Origin: a virus
Strand: one strand, 5' to 3'
Virus record (IMG/VR): IMGVR_UViG_3300032267_001142
Coordinates: 96,001 to 160,000 of that record
Length of the DNA: 64,000 nt
The number at the start of each line of letters is the position of its first letter. The first letter of the stretch is position 1. The notes under the pieces are model-generated. The model worked only from the letters and a program-made list of their open reading frames with translations. It had not been told where the DNA came from and searched no databases. Both the position numbers and the translations under genes were made by a program. Below are positions 44,009-52,976 of the stretch, one piece after another.

Positions 44009-44505
44009 AATTTTTCAAGAAAGTCAAAACCATTACCTCCAAAGAGGGCGAGCTGCACTTCGAGCGCTGGGCGATTTTCGAGTCAAAGTGGCTCTCGTGG
44101 TATATCCACAGAATACACAAGGCAGACAGGGACCATTTACATTCCTATCCTTGGAATTTTCTGTCACTAATCTTGAAGGGCTGTTATCTCGAAGAGAACG
44201 CTTACGATACAGCAGATGGAAGTTTCTGCACAGGCTTAAAGATAAAGAGCCCGTTCACAGTCACTTACTGTAACAAATCTAAATTTCATAAAATCAACAC
44301 CATCATCTCTGGTCCGGTTTACACGACGATGTTTGTGTGGGGCGACACCCAGAAGTGGTTTTATCGGGTAGGAAAGAAGAGAATTCCTTTTGAGGAATAT
44401 CGCGAAATCAAAGCCGCAGCCAAAGAGGCGGGGCTTTCTATCGAGGAGTATATCTTCAAATATGAGATTGGGCTCTTGACTCCGTCGCAAAAACGAGTAG
44501 ACTAG
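44005..44505 (+). CDS. Cupin-like hypothetical protein
   Basis: YIHRIH..D.DHLHSYPWNF.S.IL.G.Y.E. Confidence 0.7.
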   Translation: MKFFKKVKTITSKEGELHFERWAIFESKWLSWYIHRIHKADRDHLHSYPWNFLSLILKGCYLEENAYDTADGSFCTGLKIKSPFTVTYCNKSKFHKINTIISGPVYTTMFVWGDTQKWFYRVGKKRIPFEEYREIKAAAKEAGLSIEEYIFKYEIGLLTPSQKRVD

Positions 44506-44517
44506 TAAAAATCAAAC

Positions 44518-44904
44518 ATGAAATCATTCCTAAAACTTGCAATCATCGCCGTCGCGTCACTATCAATCGCTGGGTGCCAGCCAGAATCAGACGTAGCCGC
44601 CTATAATGTTTCGCAGGCCGCGCATAATTTTGAAGTCAACAGACGAGTCGTGTTCTACAACGGCATCACAGGAGATTACATACTCACCATCGAGGGTCTT
44701 CTATCTGTGACGCCAGAAGATAAGCGCCTCTCGGTTATCGTAAAGACTGGGCCGAATCAGTATAAGAAGCACTATCTTGGTGTTTCTGATAACGTGACTT
44801 GGTTCTGCGAACAAATCGAATCCGTTCCAGCGTCGCCTTTTCATTATCGTGTCATCTTCCGTCCTACCACGATTATCCCAGATGTCGAAGTTAGGACGCG
44901 CTAA
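44518..44904 (+). CDS. Putative lipoprotein
   Basis: Lipobox SIAGC; NFEV.RRVVFYNGITG.Y...IEG. Confidence 0.8.
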   Translation: MKSFLKLAIIAVASLSIAGCQPESDVAAYNVSQAAHNFEVNRRVVFYNGITGDYILTIEGLLSVTPEDKRLSVIVKTGPNQYKKHYLGVSDNVTWFCEQIESVPASPFHYRVIFRPTTIIPDVEVRTR

Positions 44905-44922
44905 GAGAAGTTTAGTCAAAAT

Positions 44923-45006
44923 GTCGGTGTGAGTTAATGGCGAATAGCACAGCCTCTCCGCTTAAAACGGATACTTTTGCAGGTGCAAGTCCTGTCACCG
45001 ATACCA
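44923..45006 (+). tRNA. tRNA-Leu(TAA), enlarged D region, short variable loop
   Basis: GTCGGTG/CACCGAT, loop CTTAAAA, T-loop TGCAAGT. Confidence 0.75.
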
Positions 45007-45013
45007 AATTACA

Positions 45014-45238
45014 ATGAATGGAACATATCTTGACGCTCTCAATGTCACACTACACTGGTTTGGAGGCTCAATCAATCGAATGGATATTTTCGTGGCCTCT
45101 ATCGAAGGACGCGTTATGAGAGATTTGGTTGATTCGGGACATTTGAGAAAAAGATTTTTTGGATGGGAAATCACTAGTAAAGGGCGCGAAGCTCTCGAAG
45201 AAGCTGACATCCATTGTTTCGAGGACACGCGTTCATAA
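45014..45238 (+). CDS. Small hypothetical protein (wHTH-like)
   Basis: LV..G.L......WEIT.KG.EAL. Confidence 0.55.
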   Translation: MNGTYLDALNVTLHWFGGSINRMDIFVASIEGRVMRDLVDSGHLRKRFFGWEITSKGREALEEADIHCFEDTRS

Positions 45239-45244
45239 TTTTAT

Positions 45245-45318
45245 CGCTAATTCGTTCAAAAGCAGGACTCGCGTTTCATAAGCGCAGGACGCTGGAGCGT
45301 TACCAGCATTAGCGACCA
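45245..45318 (+). tRNA. tRNA with CAT anticodon (elongator Met or Ile2)
   Basis: CGCTAAT/ATTAGCG, loop TTCATAA, T-loop AGCGTTA. Confidence 0.82.
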
Positions 45319-45409
45319 TGTTAGTAAAACCCCGTCTCCCTCGGTTAAGGGGAGGTTGCCAGCGATGGCGATAATATCTGGGGCCGTAAAGTCGGAATCC
45401 GAACCTCCA

Positions 45410-45489
45410 CGCGGTCGGGCATAGGAGAAGTTTCTTCTGGTCTGTCTCATAAGCAGATAAATTACGTGCGATTCGTAACGCCGCAACCA
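45410..45489 (+). tRNA. Atypical tRNA-Met(CAT), initiator-like C1:A72
   Basis: TCTGT-CTCATAA-GCAGA, T arm TTACG-TGCGATT-CGTAA, 3' CGCCGCAACCA; irregular acceptor and D arm. Confidence 0.6.
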
Positions 45490-45536
45490 ACAGACTGTGC
45501 AAGCCTATACACAAAACTCAAATCGCGCAGTCATTT

Positions 45537-45610
45537 CGAGACATAGTTCAATAGTAGAATTTTTGATTGACATTCAAAAGACGAAGGAGCGTAACCTTCT
45601 GTTTCGACCA
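45537..45610 (+). tRNA. tRNA-Val(GAC)
   Basis: CGAGACA/TGTTTCG, loop TTGACAT, T-loop AGCGTAA. Confidence 0.84.
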
Positions 45611-45619
45611 AATTTTAAC

Positions 45620-45693
45620 GCCTCGTTAATTTAATAGTAAACCGCCTTTTTGGTAAAAAGGGTTCGCTGGAGCGTAACCAGCACGAGGCTCCA
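45620..45693 (+). tRNA. tRNA-Thr(GGT)
   Basis: GCCTCGT/ACGAGGC, loop TTGGTAA, T-loop AGCGTAA. Confidence 0.84.
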
Positions 45694-45731
45694 TCCATCT
45701 GAATTAATGTCTCCATACAACGCACTTCTCT

Positions 45732-46367
45732 ATGATAGAATATCCATCAATTATCAGTGCATCAAAAGCTCCACGAGCACCATGCGTAGCCTTCGATAAG
45801 CTAGATGGCTCAAATATCAGAGCAAAGTGGACACAAAAACGGGGTTTTGAGCTATTCGGCAGTCGCCATACCCTCATTGAAGAAACGCACCCGCATTTAG
45901 GGGACGCCGTGTCGATTTTTAAGTCAACGCATGCAAAGCCGCTGGACGACTTCTTCAGGAAGGATAAAGAGTTCAGAAACGAAAGAGAAATTGTTGTATT
46001 CTCTGAGTTTTTCGGCGCTAAAAGTTTCGCTGGATGGCACGAGCCCGAAGACCCAAAGAAGTTGGTCGTATTCGATATTCTCGTAGGCCACAAAAATAAA
46101 TGGTTTGTCAAACCTTTCGATTTCCACAATACGTTTAACAAAATCGTTCCGACTCCTGCGGTGATTTACGTCGGGAACATGAACGACCAACTCATTGAGG
46201 ACGTTCGTGCAGGCAAATATAACGTCAATGAGGGTGTTATATGCAAGGGCACCCTAACTAGAGGCGATTGTGTCGGGAAAATCTGGATGTGCAAAATAAA
46301 GACGCACGACTATTTCGAGAGATTGCGCTCGCGTTTCAAGGAAAAGTGGGAACAATATGCTGAATGA
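45732..46367 (+). CDS. Rnl2-like RNA ligase (adenylation domain only)
   Basis: KLDGSNIR motif I, FSEFFG, VVFDI, EGVICK, MCKIK. Confidence 0.8.
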   Translation: MIEYPSIISASKAPRAPCVAFDKLDGSNIRAKWTQKRGFELFGSRHTLIEETHPHLGDAVSIFKSTHAKPLDDFFRKDKEFRNEREIVVFSEFFGAKSFAGWHEPEDPKKLVVFDILVGHKNKWFVKPFDFHNTFNKIVPTPAVIYVGNMNDQLIEDVRAGKYNVNEGVICKGTLTRGDCVGKIWMCKIKTHDYFERLRSRFKEKWEQYAE

Positions 46368-46864
46368 GTGAATCACCAGCGGTAGTCCATGTCTTCGGCG
46401 CGAACCTCGACGGTTTTCACGGAGGGGGGAACGCGGGCCGGTTGTGGAAATCCGCGATGCGGAGTTGGCGCGACGACAAAGACTTCTCGCTAGCTTTAAG
46501 GGAGTTGAACAGGAAGACGAAAGGTCTGCCGTATATCAGGCAGGGTCTTATCGGAGAGTATTGTACGCTAGGAACCATCGGCCTACAGTCGGGCTCGCTA
46601 GGGTTCTCCTATGGGATAGTCACTACAGAGCGCCCCGCTCATCAGGGCATCGTAACCACCGATGTTCTTAGATATGAAATCGCAAAGCTTTTCAAATGCG
46701 CCCGCCAATATCCAGACAAGGAATTTCGGTGTTTGAATTTCGGGCTAAAGCGCCCTAACGGATTTTCGTGGTGGACACCGCAAGAAATCTGTGATATTTG
46801 GACATCACTCGGCACCGCTCCAGAAAATCTCATTCCACCTCAATACTTAATCGGACTAATCTAA
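46364..46864 (+). CDS. A1S_2505-like (macro/SLOG-like) phage protein
   Basis: VHVFGANL.G.HGGG.A...G.SYGI.T...F...AR.YPDKEF. Confidence 0.6.
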   Translation: MSESPAVVHVFGANLDGFHGGGNAGRLWKSAMRSWRDDKDFSLALRELNRKTKGLPYIRQGLIGEYCTLGTIGLQSGSLGFSYGIVTTERPAHQGIVTTDVLRYEIAKLFKCARQYPDKEFRCLNFGLKRPNGFSWWTPQEICDIWTSLGTAPENLIPPQYLIGLI

Positions 46865-47076
46865 TGCACCATCCATACGCCAAATGCCCCTTTTGTGGGG
46901 TCACGAAAGCGTTATTGACTTGGAAGGCGTGCAGCCGTTGGTGTCGCGATTATATGGAATCAGTTCCGAAGGAGCGCTGGGCGTCGCCTGACGCTCCTAT
47001 TGGCGAAGAAGAGCCCTTTACAGAGTTCGGCCTTGCTATTGACAAGGAGAGAATAAACACTGGACTCGGCCAGTAA
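46864..47076 (+). CDS. Small hypothetical protein
   Basis: TAATG-coupled; CPFC...CSRWC. Confidence 0.55.
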   Translation: MHHPYAKCPFCGVTKALLTWKACSRWCRDYMESVPKERWASPDAPIGEEEPFTEFGLAIDKERINTGLGQ

Positions 47077-47095
47077 ACTCTACTAGTATTACAAC

Positions 47096-47590
47096 ATGAT
47101 AACCTACCTGTTTTTGCTACTACTCATTATAGTAGCTATGCAACGAGACTTTCTTTTTTTCTTTTTTAGCTTTATTTTTTTACTTTTAGTATACGGGGTG
47201 GTAGGTGGCATCGCTTCTGCACGCTTTATGAAGGAGACTCATCGAGACGATATAAAGCTCCCGATTTACTCATTCGCTAACTCTTCCGGCTTCAAAGGAG
47301 AGTTTACATTGGGGCTTTTTACAGGCTTAGGACAAATGGGAACGTATGAAGAGTATCGTTACTACTTCATGAACGATAAAGGAGCGCTTCAGCTAGGAAA
47401 GACGCCAGTAAATTTAGCGCAGATTTATCTAAGGGATGAGCCGCCCTATTTGTTTAGGCAGGTTGTCCACTACAGATATCCTAAATGGTTCTGCGCTCCG
47501 CCTTTTGATTTCGCGAGAGAGACGAGGGAGACGACAACGGACTTCATTATCCCTAACGGCTCGCTAATCCAAAAATACGAGCTACGATAG
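47096..47590 (+). CDS. Membrane-anchored hypothetical protein
   Basis: Two N-terminal hydrophobic segments. Confidence 0.7.
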   Translation: MITYLFLLLLIIVAMQRDFLFFFFSFIFLLLVYGVVGGIASARFMKETHRDDIKLPIYSFANSSGFKGEFTLGLFTGLGQMGTYEEYRYYFMNDKGALQLGKTPVNLAQIYLRDEPPYLFRQVVHYRYPKWFCAPPFDFARETRETTTDFIIPNGSLIQKYELR

Positions 47591-47626
47591 GCTTGACTTT
47601 TCTAAATTGGCGGCTATAGTCGAAAT

Positions 47627-47914
47627 ATGAACCTAATGACTCAAGAAGACGCCGCCCTACTCAAAGATGGAGACCTAGTGGATGTTTGGTGGTTTTCCCC
47701 CCGCAAAGACAAGCATAACCCCGACGCCAAAACCCGCGAATATGGTGGGCGCACGGAGTATCTTGAATTAGTATGGCGCAACGTGCCGGTTAAGGGCGAG
47801 CCGTATATGACCGCTTCCGACGGGTATTTAGTGCCCGTTTTGGACCCCAACGACAAGACAGTGAAGCACTTTCTAGCTAGTCGCATGAGTTTTGCTGAAA
47901 AAGTGCAGACCTAG
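47627..47914 (+). CDS. Hypothetical protein
   Basis: TATAGT box 7 nt before ATG. Confidence 0.65.
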   Translation: MNLMTQEDAALLKDGDLVDVWWFSPRKDKHNPDAKTREYGGRTEYLELVWRNVPVKGEPYMTASDGYLVPVLDPNDKTVKHFLASRMSFAEKVQT

Positions 47915-47936
47915 AATTGCTAGTGTAAACTAATGA

Positions 47937-48665
47937 GTGCCTATTCTATTGGTCATACTTTCTATGTTCGGGTGGATGCTCTCGTCTGAGCATCTCGTAT
48001 GGAATGACGAATTTAGCGGCGAAAAGCTTAACCAAGATAAATGGGTCGCGTGGGTTGATGAAAAGCGACACGATGCGACGAACCTCCTTGATTTAGCGAA
48101 GGTCTCAGGAGGAAAGTTGTCAATATCCCCGATAACCTCGGAAAAAGTCCACCATTCTTCAATGGTATGCACAGATTCAAAGTTCGACATGCTATATGGG
48201 CGAGTCGAAATAAGAGTTAAGCTTAGCACAGAATCGGGCGCGTGGTCTAACTTTTGGCTGTATACTCACGAAATGCTAAAAGACAAAGGTTCAGAAATAG
48301 ACCTTTTCGAGCATCGCGCCGCGTATGAGAGCACTGACCTTAGCGGTATTGTGGCTCACTCGCTTCACTACAACGGCTACGGCAGCAATCACCTGTGTAA
48401 CGGCAAGGACGCCAAGATAAGCTCAAAGGACTGGAATGTCATATCTTTGACGCGCACAAAAGACTATAATCTGTTTACCGTTAATGGCGTCGAAACGTGG
48501 AAGACTTACGAGGCCGTCAATGACGAAAGGCTATTTTTTGTTCTTAGTGTCGAGATAGCCGATAAGTTTTGGGCTGGTGATATTCCGAAAGGCGGATATT
48601 CTGGTAAACCGATGTTGGAAGTTGACTATATCCGCGTTTTTTCTTTGCCGTCGCTGGCAAAGTAA
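47937..48665 (+). CDS. GH16 family glycoside hydrolase with signal peptide
   Basis: LVWNDEF.G..L...KW, YGRVEIR.KL, W..FWL, EIDLFE catalytic motif, VDYIRVF. Confidence 0.88.
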   Translation: MPILLVILSMFGWMLSSEHLVWNDEFSGEKLNQDKWVAWVDEKRHDATNLLDLAKVSGGKLSISPITSEKVHHSSMVCTDSKFDMLYGRVEIRVKLSTESGAWSNFWLYTHEMLKDKGSEIDLFEHRAAYESTDLSGIVAHSLHYNGYGSNHLCNGKDAKISSKDWNVISLTRTKDYNLFTVNGVETWKTYEAVNDERLFFVLSVEIADKFWAGDIPKGGYSGKPMLEVDYIRVFSLPSLAK

Positions 48666-48681
48666 GGGATACTCCCGACAG

Positions 48682-48912
48682 ATGATTAAGAAAGAAACGT
48701 CACACAGCAGGAAGCATCACGCAAGGTTCCAAAATTATGACACGATTAACGTTGACGGGGTAGAGCGCGGCGATTTAGTTTCGTTCGCGTTTGTGGCGGG
48801 CGCTGCTTATCTAAAGTCCTCGTTCGGAGATATCGAAAAATTTCCTGTTGGAGAATTTAGCGTAACGCGGTCTACCTCTGGTTGGGGGCTGCGTATTACT
48901 TCGCGTTCATAA
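48682..48912 (+). CDS. Small hypothetical protein
   Basis: ATG 48682 within the tracked ORF. Confidence 0.5.
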   Translation: MIKKETSHSRKHHARFQNYDTINVDGVERGDLVSFAFVAGAAYLKSSFGDIEKFPVGEFSVTRSTSGWGLRITSRS

Positions 48913-48920
48913 AGAGTAAT

Positions 48921-49601
48921 ATGCGAGCCTTAGTCTCTATCGCCGATTTCGGAGGGCGAGCCACCTTGCCGAAAGTTAAGGCGTGTTTCGCCGACAACGC
49001 TTTTACCGTCGTTACTTTCTCTACCAAATCAGGCGAATACCTTTTCGACGAGAGCATAGGCGAAGACTTGCCGTTTGCGCACCGGCAGCTTTTTGCAAAC
49101 GAAGTAGATAACTATGACTATTTCTTTTTCACAGAGAACGATATATTCTACCCAGAGTCATCCTTAAAGCACCTTTTTCATAATTTTGACCAGTTCGGCG
49201 AGCGCCGACCTCTAGGTTTCTTACGATACGAGGAAGACCAACTAATAGATTTCGCCGCCACTCCTAAAGGAACAGTCATCGTAACTAGGGACAGCGAAAG
49301 CTTCGTTCCGACTAATGTTCATCAGGCGTCTTACATAGTCTCGCAGGCGCAGTTAAGAATCGCGATAGACAGCGGAAACTATTTGATTTCGCCGTGCCGA
49401 AAGCACGGTTACGGTAAGCTAGAAACCGGCGCATCGAGTGTCTATATGGACTGCGGGCTCACCAAAGCCTATCCTGTCAAGAATTTGGAGTCTTTGTCGG
49501 CGAAGCACTTAGATTTGAAGTGGAAGCCACGACAACACAAATATACACTCCCGATGCTAAACGAAGAAATACGCTTGTTTCCTGAGCAAAAGCAGGGATA
49601 A
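48921..49601 (+). CDS. Glycosyltransferase-like hypothetical protein
   Basis: YDYFFFTENDI..P; GFLRYE. Confidence 0.55.
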   Translation: MRALVSIADFGGRATLPKVKACFADNAFTVVTFSTKSGEYLFDESIGEDLPFAHRQLFANEVDNYDYFFFTENDIFYPESSLKHLFHNFDQFGERRPLGFLRYEEDQLIDFAATPKGTVIVTRDSESFVPTNVHQASYIVSQAQLRIAIDSGNYLISPCRKHGYGKLETGASSVYMDCGLTKAYPVKNLESLSAKHLDLKWKPRQHKYTLPMLNEEIRLFPEQKQG

Positions 49602-49610
49602 TAGTGGGGA

Positions 49611-50270
49611 ATGAAAGCAAAACGCATTTTTATCGTCCGCCACGGCCAGAGCGCGGCAAACGTGGACAAGCAAGTTTATACGCACACGCCGGATTACGCT
49701 GTAAGGTTGACCGAGGTTGGCAAAAGACAGGCGTTTGAGGTTGGCGAAAAGATAAAAGGAATCATCGGCGATGAGACTGTGCAATTTTACGTTTCTCCGT
49801 TTTATAGGACCAGAGAGACAGCCATCGAGATGCGTAAGAGTATTCTCGCGCACGGATTTCGCGAGGATGTAAGACTGAGAGAGCAGGAGTGGCAGACTAG
49901 GTTCATGGCCGAACAGGGGTTCCACCAGCAGGTTCACGAAGAGCGTGCTGCCTACGGCTATTACTACTACCGCTTCAACGGAGGCGAGTCGCCTGCGGAC
50001 TGTTACGATAGGCTCAGCGGTTTTTTGGACACCCTGCATCGAGACATGGAGAAAGAGGACTTTCCCGAGAACGTAATTATCGTAAGCCACGGTATCGCGA
50101 TGCGAGTTTTTCTTCAGCGTTGGTTTCATTTGTCTGTGGAAAGTTTTGAAGAGTTGAAGACTCCGAAGAACTGCGAATTTTATCTGCTAGAAATACAGGA
50201 AAATAACAAATACAAGCTCGCCACTGAGCCAGAAAAGTACGAACATCACGCTCCTGCGTTTTCTTTTTAG
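49611..50270 (+). CDS. Histidine phosphatase (PGM) family
   Basis: IVRHGQS..N, SPF.RT.ET, LREQ, GES, VSHG. Confidence 0.9.
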   Translation: MKAKRIFIVRHGQSAANVDKQVYTHTPDYAVRLTEVGKRQAFEVGEKIKGIIGDETVQFYVSPFYRTRETAIEMRKSILAHGFREDVRLREQEWQTRFMAEQGFHQQVHEERAAYGYYYYRFNGGESPADCYDRLSGFLDTLHRDMEKEDFPENVIIVSHGIAMRVFLQRWFHLSVESFEELKTPKNCEFYLLEIQENNKYKLATEPEKYEHHAPAFSF

Positions 50271-50282
50271 CCTTATCACGAA

Positions 50283-51098
50283 ATGAAGACTACTTGGATT
50301 ATCGAAAACCTAACACGAGAAGAAAGTTACGTTGAGTTAGCGAAAGCCGTCGAAGAAGCTGGGCTTGAGCTAATTAGGCTAGATGGGGACTTTTCAAAAT
50401 CTGAGTTTTTGCAAACGCTAGGAAACGAGCCGAAACCTACGGTCGTTTGCGCTAGCATACAGATGAACAGTCTCATTAGGGACTGCCTGCCTAAGTGGGC
50501 GACGCCGCCGTATTGCACGCCTGCGAATTATCTATGCTCGCGGTATTACCCTATTTTTGACAAATATTTATTCAATGACAAATACATAATGATGCCCGCG
50601 AGAATGGCTAGGAAAATGTATTGGGACATTTATGGTCGCTTCGCTAAGGAAGCTCAGGTTTTTTGCCGCCCCAATTCAGGAGAGAAGCCTTTCAAAGCGG
50701 GGCTGGTTGATTTGCAAGAATTTGAGCGGTTCTTGGATGGATATACAGAAGAGGGCCAACTTTTACTGTTTTCGTCGCCTAAAAACATCCTCGGGGAATG
50801 GCGCTTCGTAGTCTCGAAAGACGCAGACATCATCGCTCAATCGAGTTACAAATATCAAGGCTTGCTTACAAAAGTCCCGTCCGCGCCAAAAGCGGCAACA
50901 GATTTTGTGAATGAGATATTAGCGGTCGGGTATTATCCAGATGATGTGTTTTGTGTGGACGTTGCCCTTGATGGGGACTCTAAACCTTGGCTGATGGAAT
51001 TGACGAGCTTTTCTTCCGCAGGACTTTATGCTTGCGATAAAAACAGAATCGTAGAAGGAGTGAGTAAGATAGCGAGCAAAAGCTCGTCTCCTCTATAA
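50283..51098 (+). CDS. ATP-grasp protein (DUF4343/R2K-like)
   Basis: FCRPNSG.K.F, EWRF.V, F.VDVA, MEL..FSSAGLY. Confidence 0.8.
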   Translation: MKTTWIIENLTREESYVELAKAVEEAGLELIRLDGDFSKSEFLQTLGNEPKPTVVCASIQMNSLIRDCLPKWATPPYCTPANYLCSRYYPIFDKYLFNDKYIMMPARMARKMYWDIYGRFAKEAQVFCRPNSGEKPFKAGLVDLQEFERFLDGYTEEGQLLLFSSPKNILGEWRFVVSKDADIIAQSSYKYQGLLTKVPSAPKAATDFVNEILAVGYYPDDVFCVDVALDGDSKPWLMELTSFSSAGLYACDKNRIVEGVSKIASKSSSPL

Positions 51099-51117
51099 AA
51101 ATAGATACAATGCGGTG

Positions 51118-51915
51118 ATGCCACAGGTTATACACATTTTTGGAGACGTTCACGAATACGTCGAGAACGCTCAATACCTATTAAAGAAGCACAGCGTCGA
51201 ACGCGCTATTTGGCTAGGCGACTTTTTTGACCGTAAGCGGCGCGATGGACTTGAAGATGGCGATGGAGGACTTCGTCGGGCCTGCGCGTTTCTTAACGAC
51301 ATAGCCGAAAATCGCCCCGAGGATATCGTTCTTGCGGGCAATCACGATATTCCCTATCTCTCTGGATACAAGAAGTATTTTCGGTATGGCTGCGACCCGT
51401 GGAGGTATGCAACTTTTAATAGTGAAATCAGCGCTGCGGCCAAGAGGAATTTCCGAATTTTTCACAAGATTAACTGGAATGGCAGAACTGTCGTATTCTC
51501 TCATGCGGGGTTTGATGACAGGTTTTCTGCAAATTTTGGAGGATGGAAAGACCCCGAGGCGGTGGAAAGATATGTTCGCAGCTCTTGTCAACTCCTACGA
51601 AGGAGTGACGCGGATAATGACCTGTTCGATAGCGAGTTCGGACCTCAGTGGATACGCTGGAACGCCCTCACTCTATCAAAAGAAATCAGCAACATCGTTG
51701 GGCATACCCCTCAAAAAGAAGCCCAAATACTTCAACAAAGTCAAGGTAAGCGAAACTTCAATATCTGTATAGATGTGCTATGGCGCGGTCAATTCCTCGA
51801 AATTACTGAGAACGCGATTTATCTTATAGATGATAAAGAAGATACCAGAACTATGCTTGTAGGCGTCGAGATGGTAGGACGGAAGAAAAAGAGGGTGGTG
51901 AATTTTGACGAATAG
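51118..51915 (+). CDS. Metallophosphoesterase
   Basis: GDVHE, LGDFFD, GNHD, SHAG, VGHTP. Confidence 0.85.
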   Translation: MPQVIHIFGDVHEYVENAQYLLKKHSVERAIWLGDFFDRKRRDGLEDGDGGLRRACAFLNDIAENRPEDIVLAGNHDIPYLSGYKKYFRYGCDPWRYATFNSEISAAAKRNFRIFHKINWNGRTVVFSHAGFDDRFSANFGGWKDPEAVERYVRSSCQLLRRSDADNDLFDSEFGPQWIRWNALTLSKEISNIVGHTPQKEAQILQQSQGKRNFNICIDVLWRGQFLEITENAIYLIDDKEDTRTMLVGVEMVGRKKKRVVNFDE

Positions 51916-52098
51916 GCTGAAGTTTCGTAAGAAATCAAATAAAAATGTAGAATTCCGCAGAGTGTCGTGTAAAATGTTACGACCGCTGACTAACAGATTA
52001 GGCCGCAAATAAAAGGCCGGTAGCCACTTGATTGTGGTGAATCGTATCTTTAGGCAGCGGTCAACTATTCGCGAAACCTGACTTTTACATTTTTTACC

Positions 52099-52374
52099 AT
52101 GCCTCCAGTCGATATGCAAGATGAGATGAACAAAGAGTGGCGCAGCTTGTTGATTCAAAAAATCGACGAGTTGAACAGCGATATCAAGGCTATGCGTCAC
52201 GAAATCGACCAGAAAATCGAAAGAATATCAGAATGGAAGGGTGGGCTTGACGAAAAATACGTTTCCCAAAAGGAATTTGCGCCAGTAAAACAGTTGATTT
52301 ATGGAGCGGTCGGCACGATACTTCTAGCACTGCTCGGTTCTGTTATCGCGTTAGTTACACACGCACCCAAATAA
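52099..52374 (+). CDS. Coiled-coil protein with C-terminal TM helix (holin/XhlA-like)
   Basis: Coiled-coil segment then LIYGAVGTILLALLGSVIALV. Confidence 0.6.
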   Translation: MPPVDMQDEMNKEWRSLLIQKIDELNSDIKAMRHEIDQKIERISEWKGGLDEKYVSQKEFAPVKQLIYGAVGTILLALLGSVIALVTHAPK

Positions 52375-52976
52375 TGAGTCCCAGACAAATATCATCGACC
52401 CTTTTCTCTGGTCGAATCGTGGGGGTTTTGCTGGTGTTGATTGCTCTTTTTGACTTTTCTATCCAAGTCGCGTCGGCAGAGACGTATAAGTCATTTTTTC
52501 TCAAATATAGCCACCTAACTTTCTCTCCTATAGATTGTTTGTCAATGATAGTGGCGGGACTTATTCTGATGGTCGGAATAATCGACAGGGATTGGAAAAT
52601 GTGGGTCCATACGATAGGAGGCGCGGCCCTAATCTCATTTAATTCAGCGCGAGTAATTTGGGAATTGTTAGTTGAAGGAGGAAATAATGGTGCGGTGCCG
52701 ATAGCGATATTCGGCACGTTCGGAACTTGGGTCGTGATAAGGTTGATGTTTCCAAAAAGACCCCTTACACTGATGCTTCCTTATGTGATGATGTTCACTT
52801 CTTTGGTCATCTTCTTTATCGACTTTGCTCATTACGCGTCTATAGCTTTGGTATCCGGTTATAGCGCTACGGCACCGCATTCTTTGTTTGTATGTATTCT
52901 TCTCTTCTGTATAGGTTTGGTGGCCAAACACTATAATGAGACGCTTTTGAGCGACGGAAGAGTGAATGCGGCTTAA
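52374..52976 (+). CDS. Multi-pass membrane protein
   Basis: 5-6 hydrophobic segments; TAATG-coupled. Confidence 0.75.
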   Translation: MSPRQISSTLFSGRIVGVLLVLIALFDFSIQVASAETYKSFFLKYSHLTFSPIDCLSMIVAGLILMVGIIDRDWKMWVHTIGGAALISFNSARVIWELLVEGGNNGAVPIAIFGTFGTWVVIRLMFPKRPLTLMLPYVMMFTSLVIFFIDFAHYASIALVSGYSATAPHSLFVCILLFCIGLVAKHYNETLLSDGRVNAA

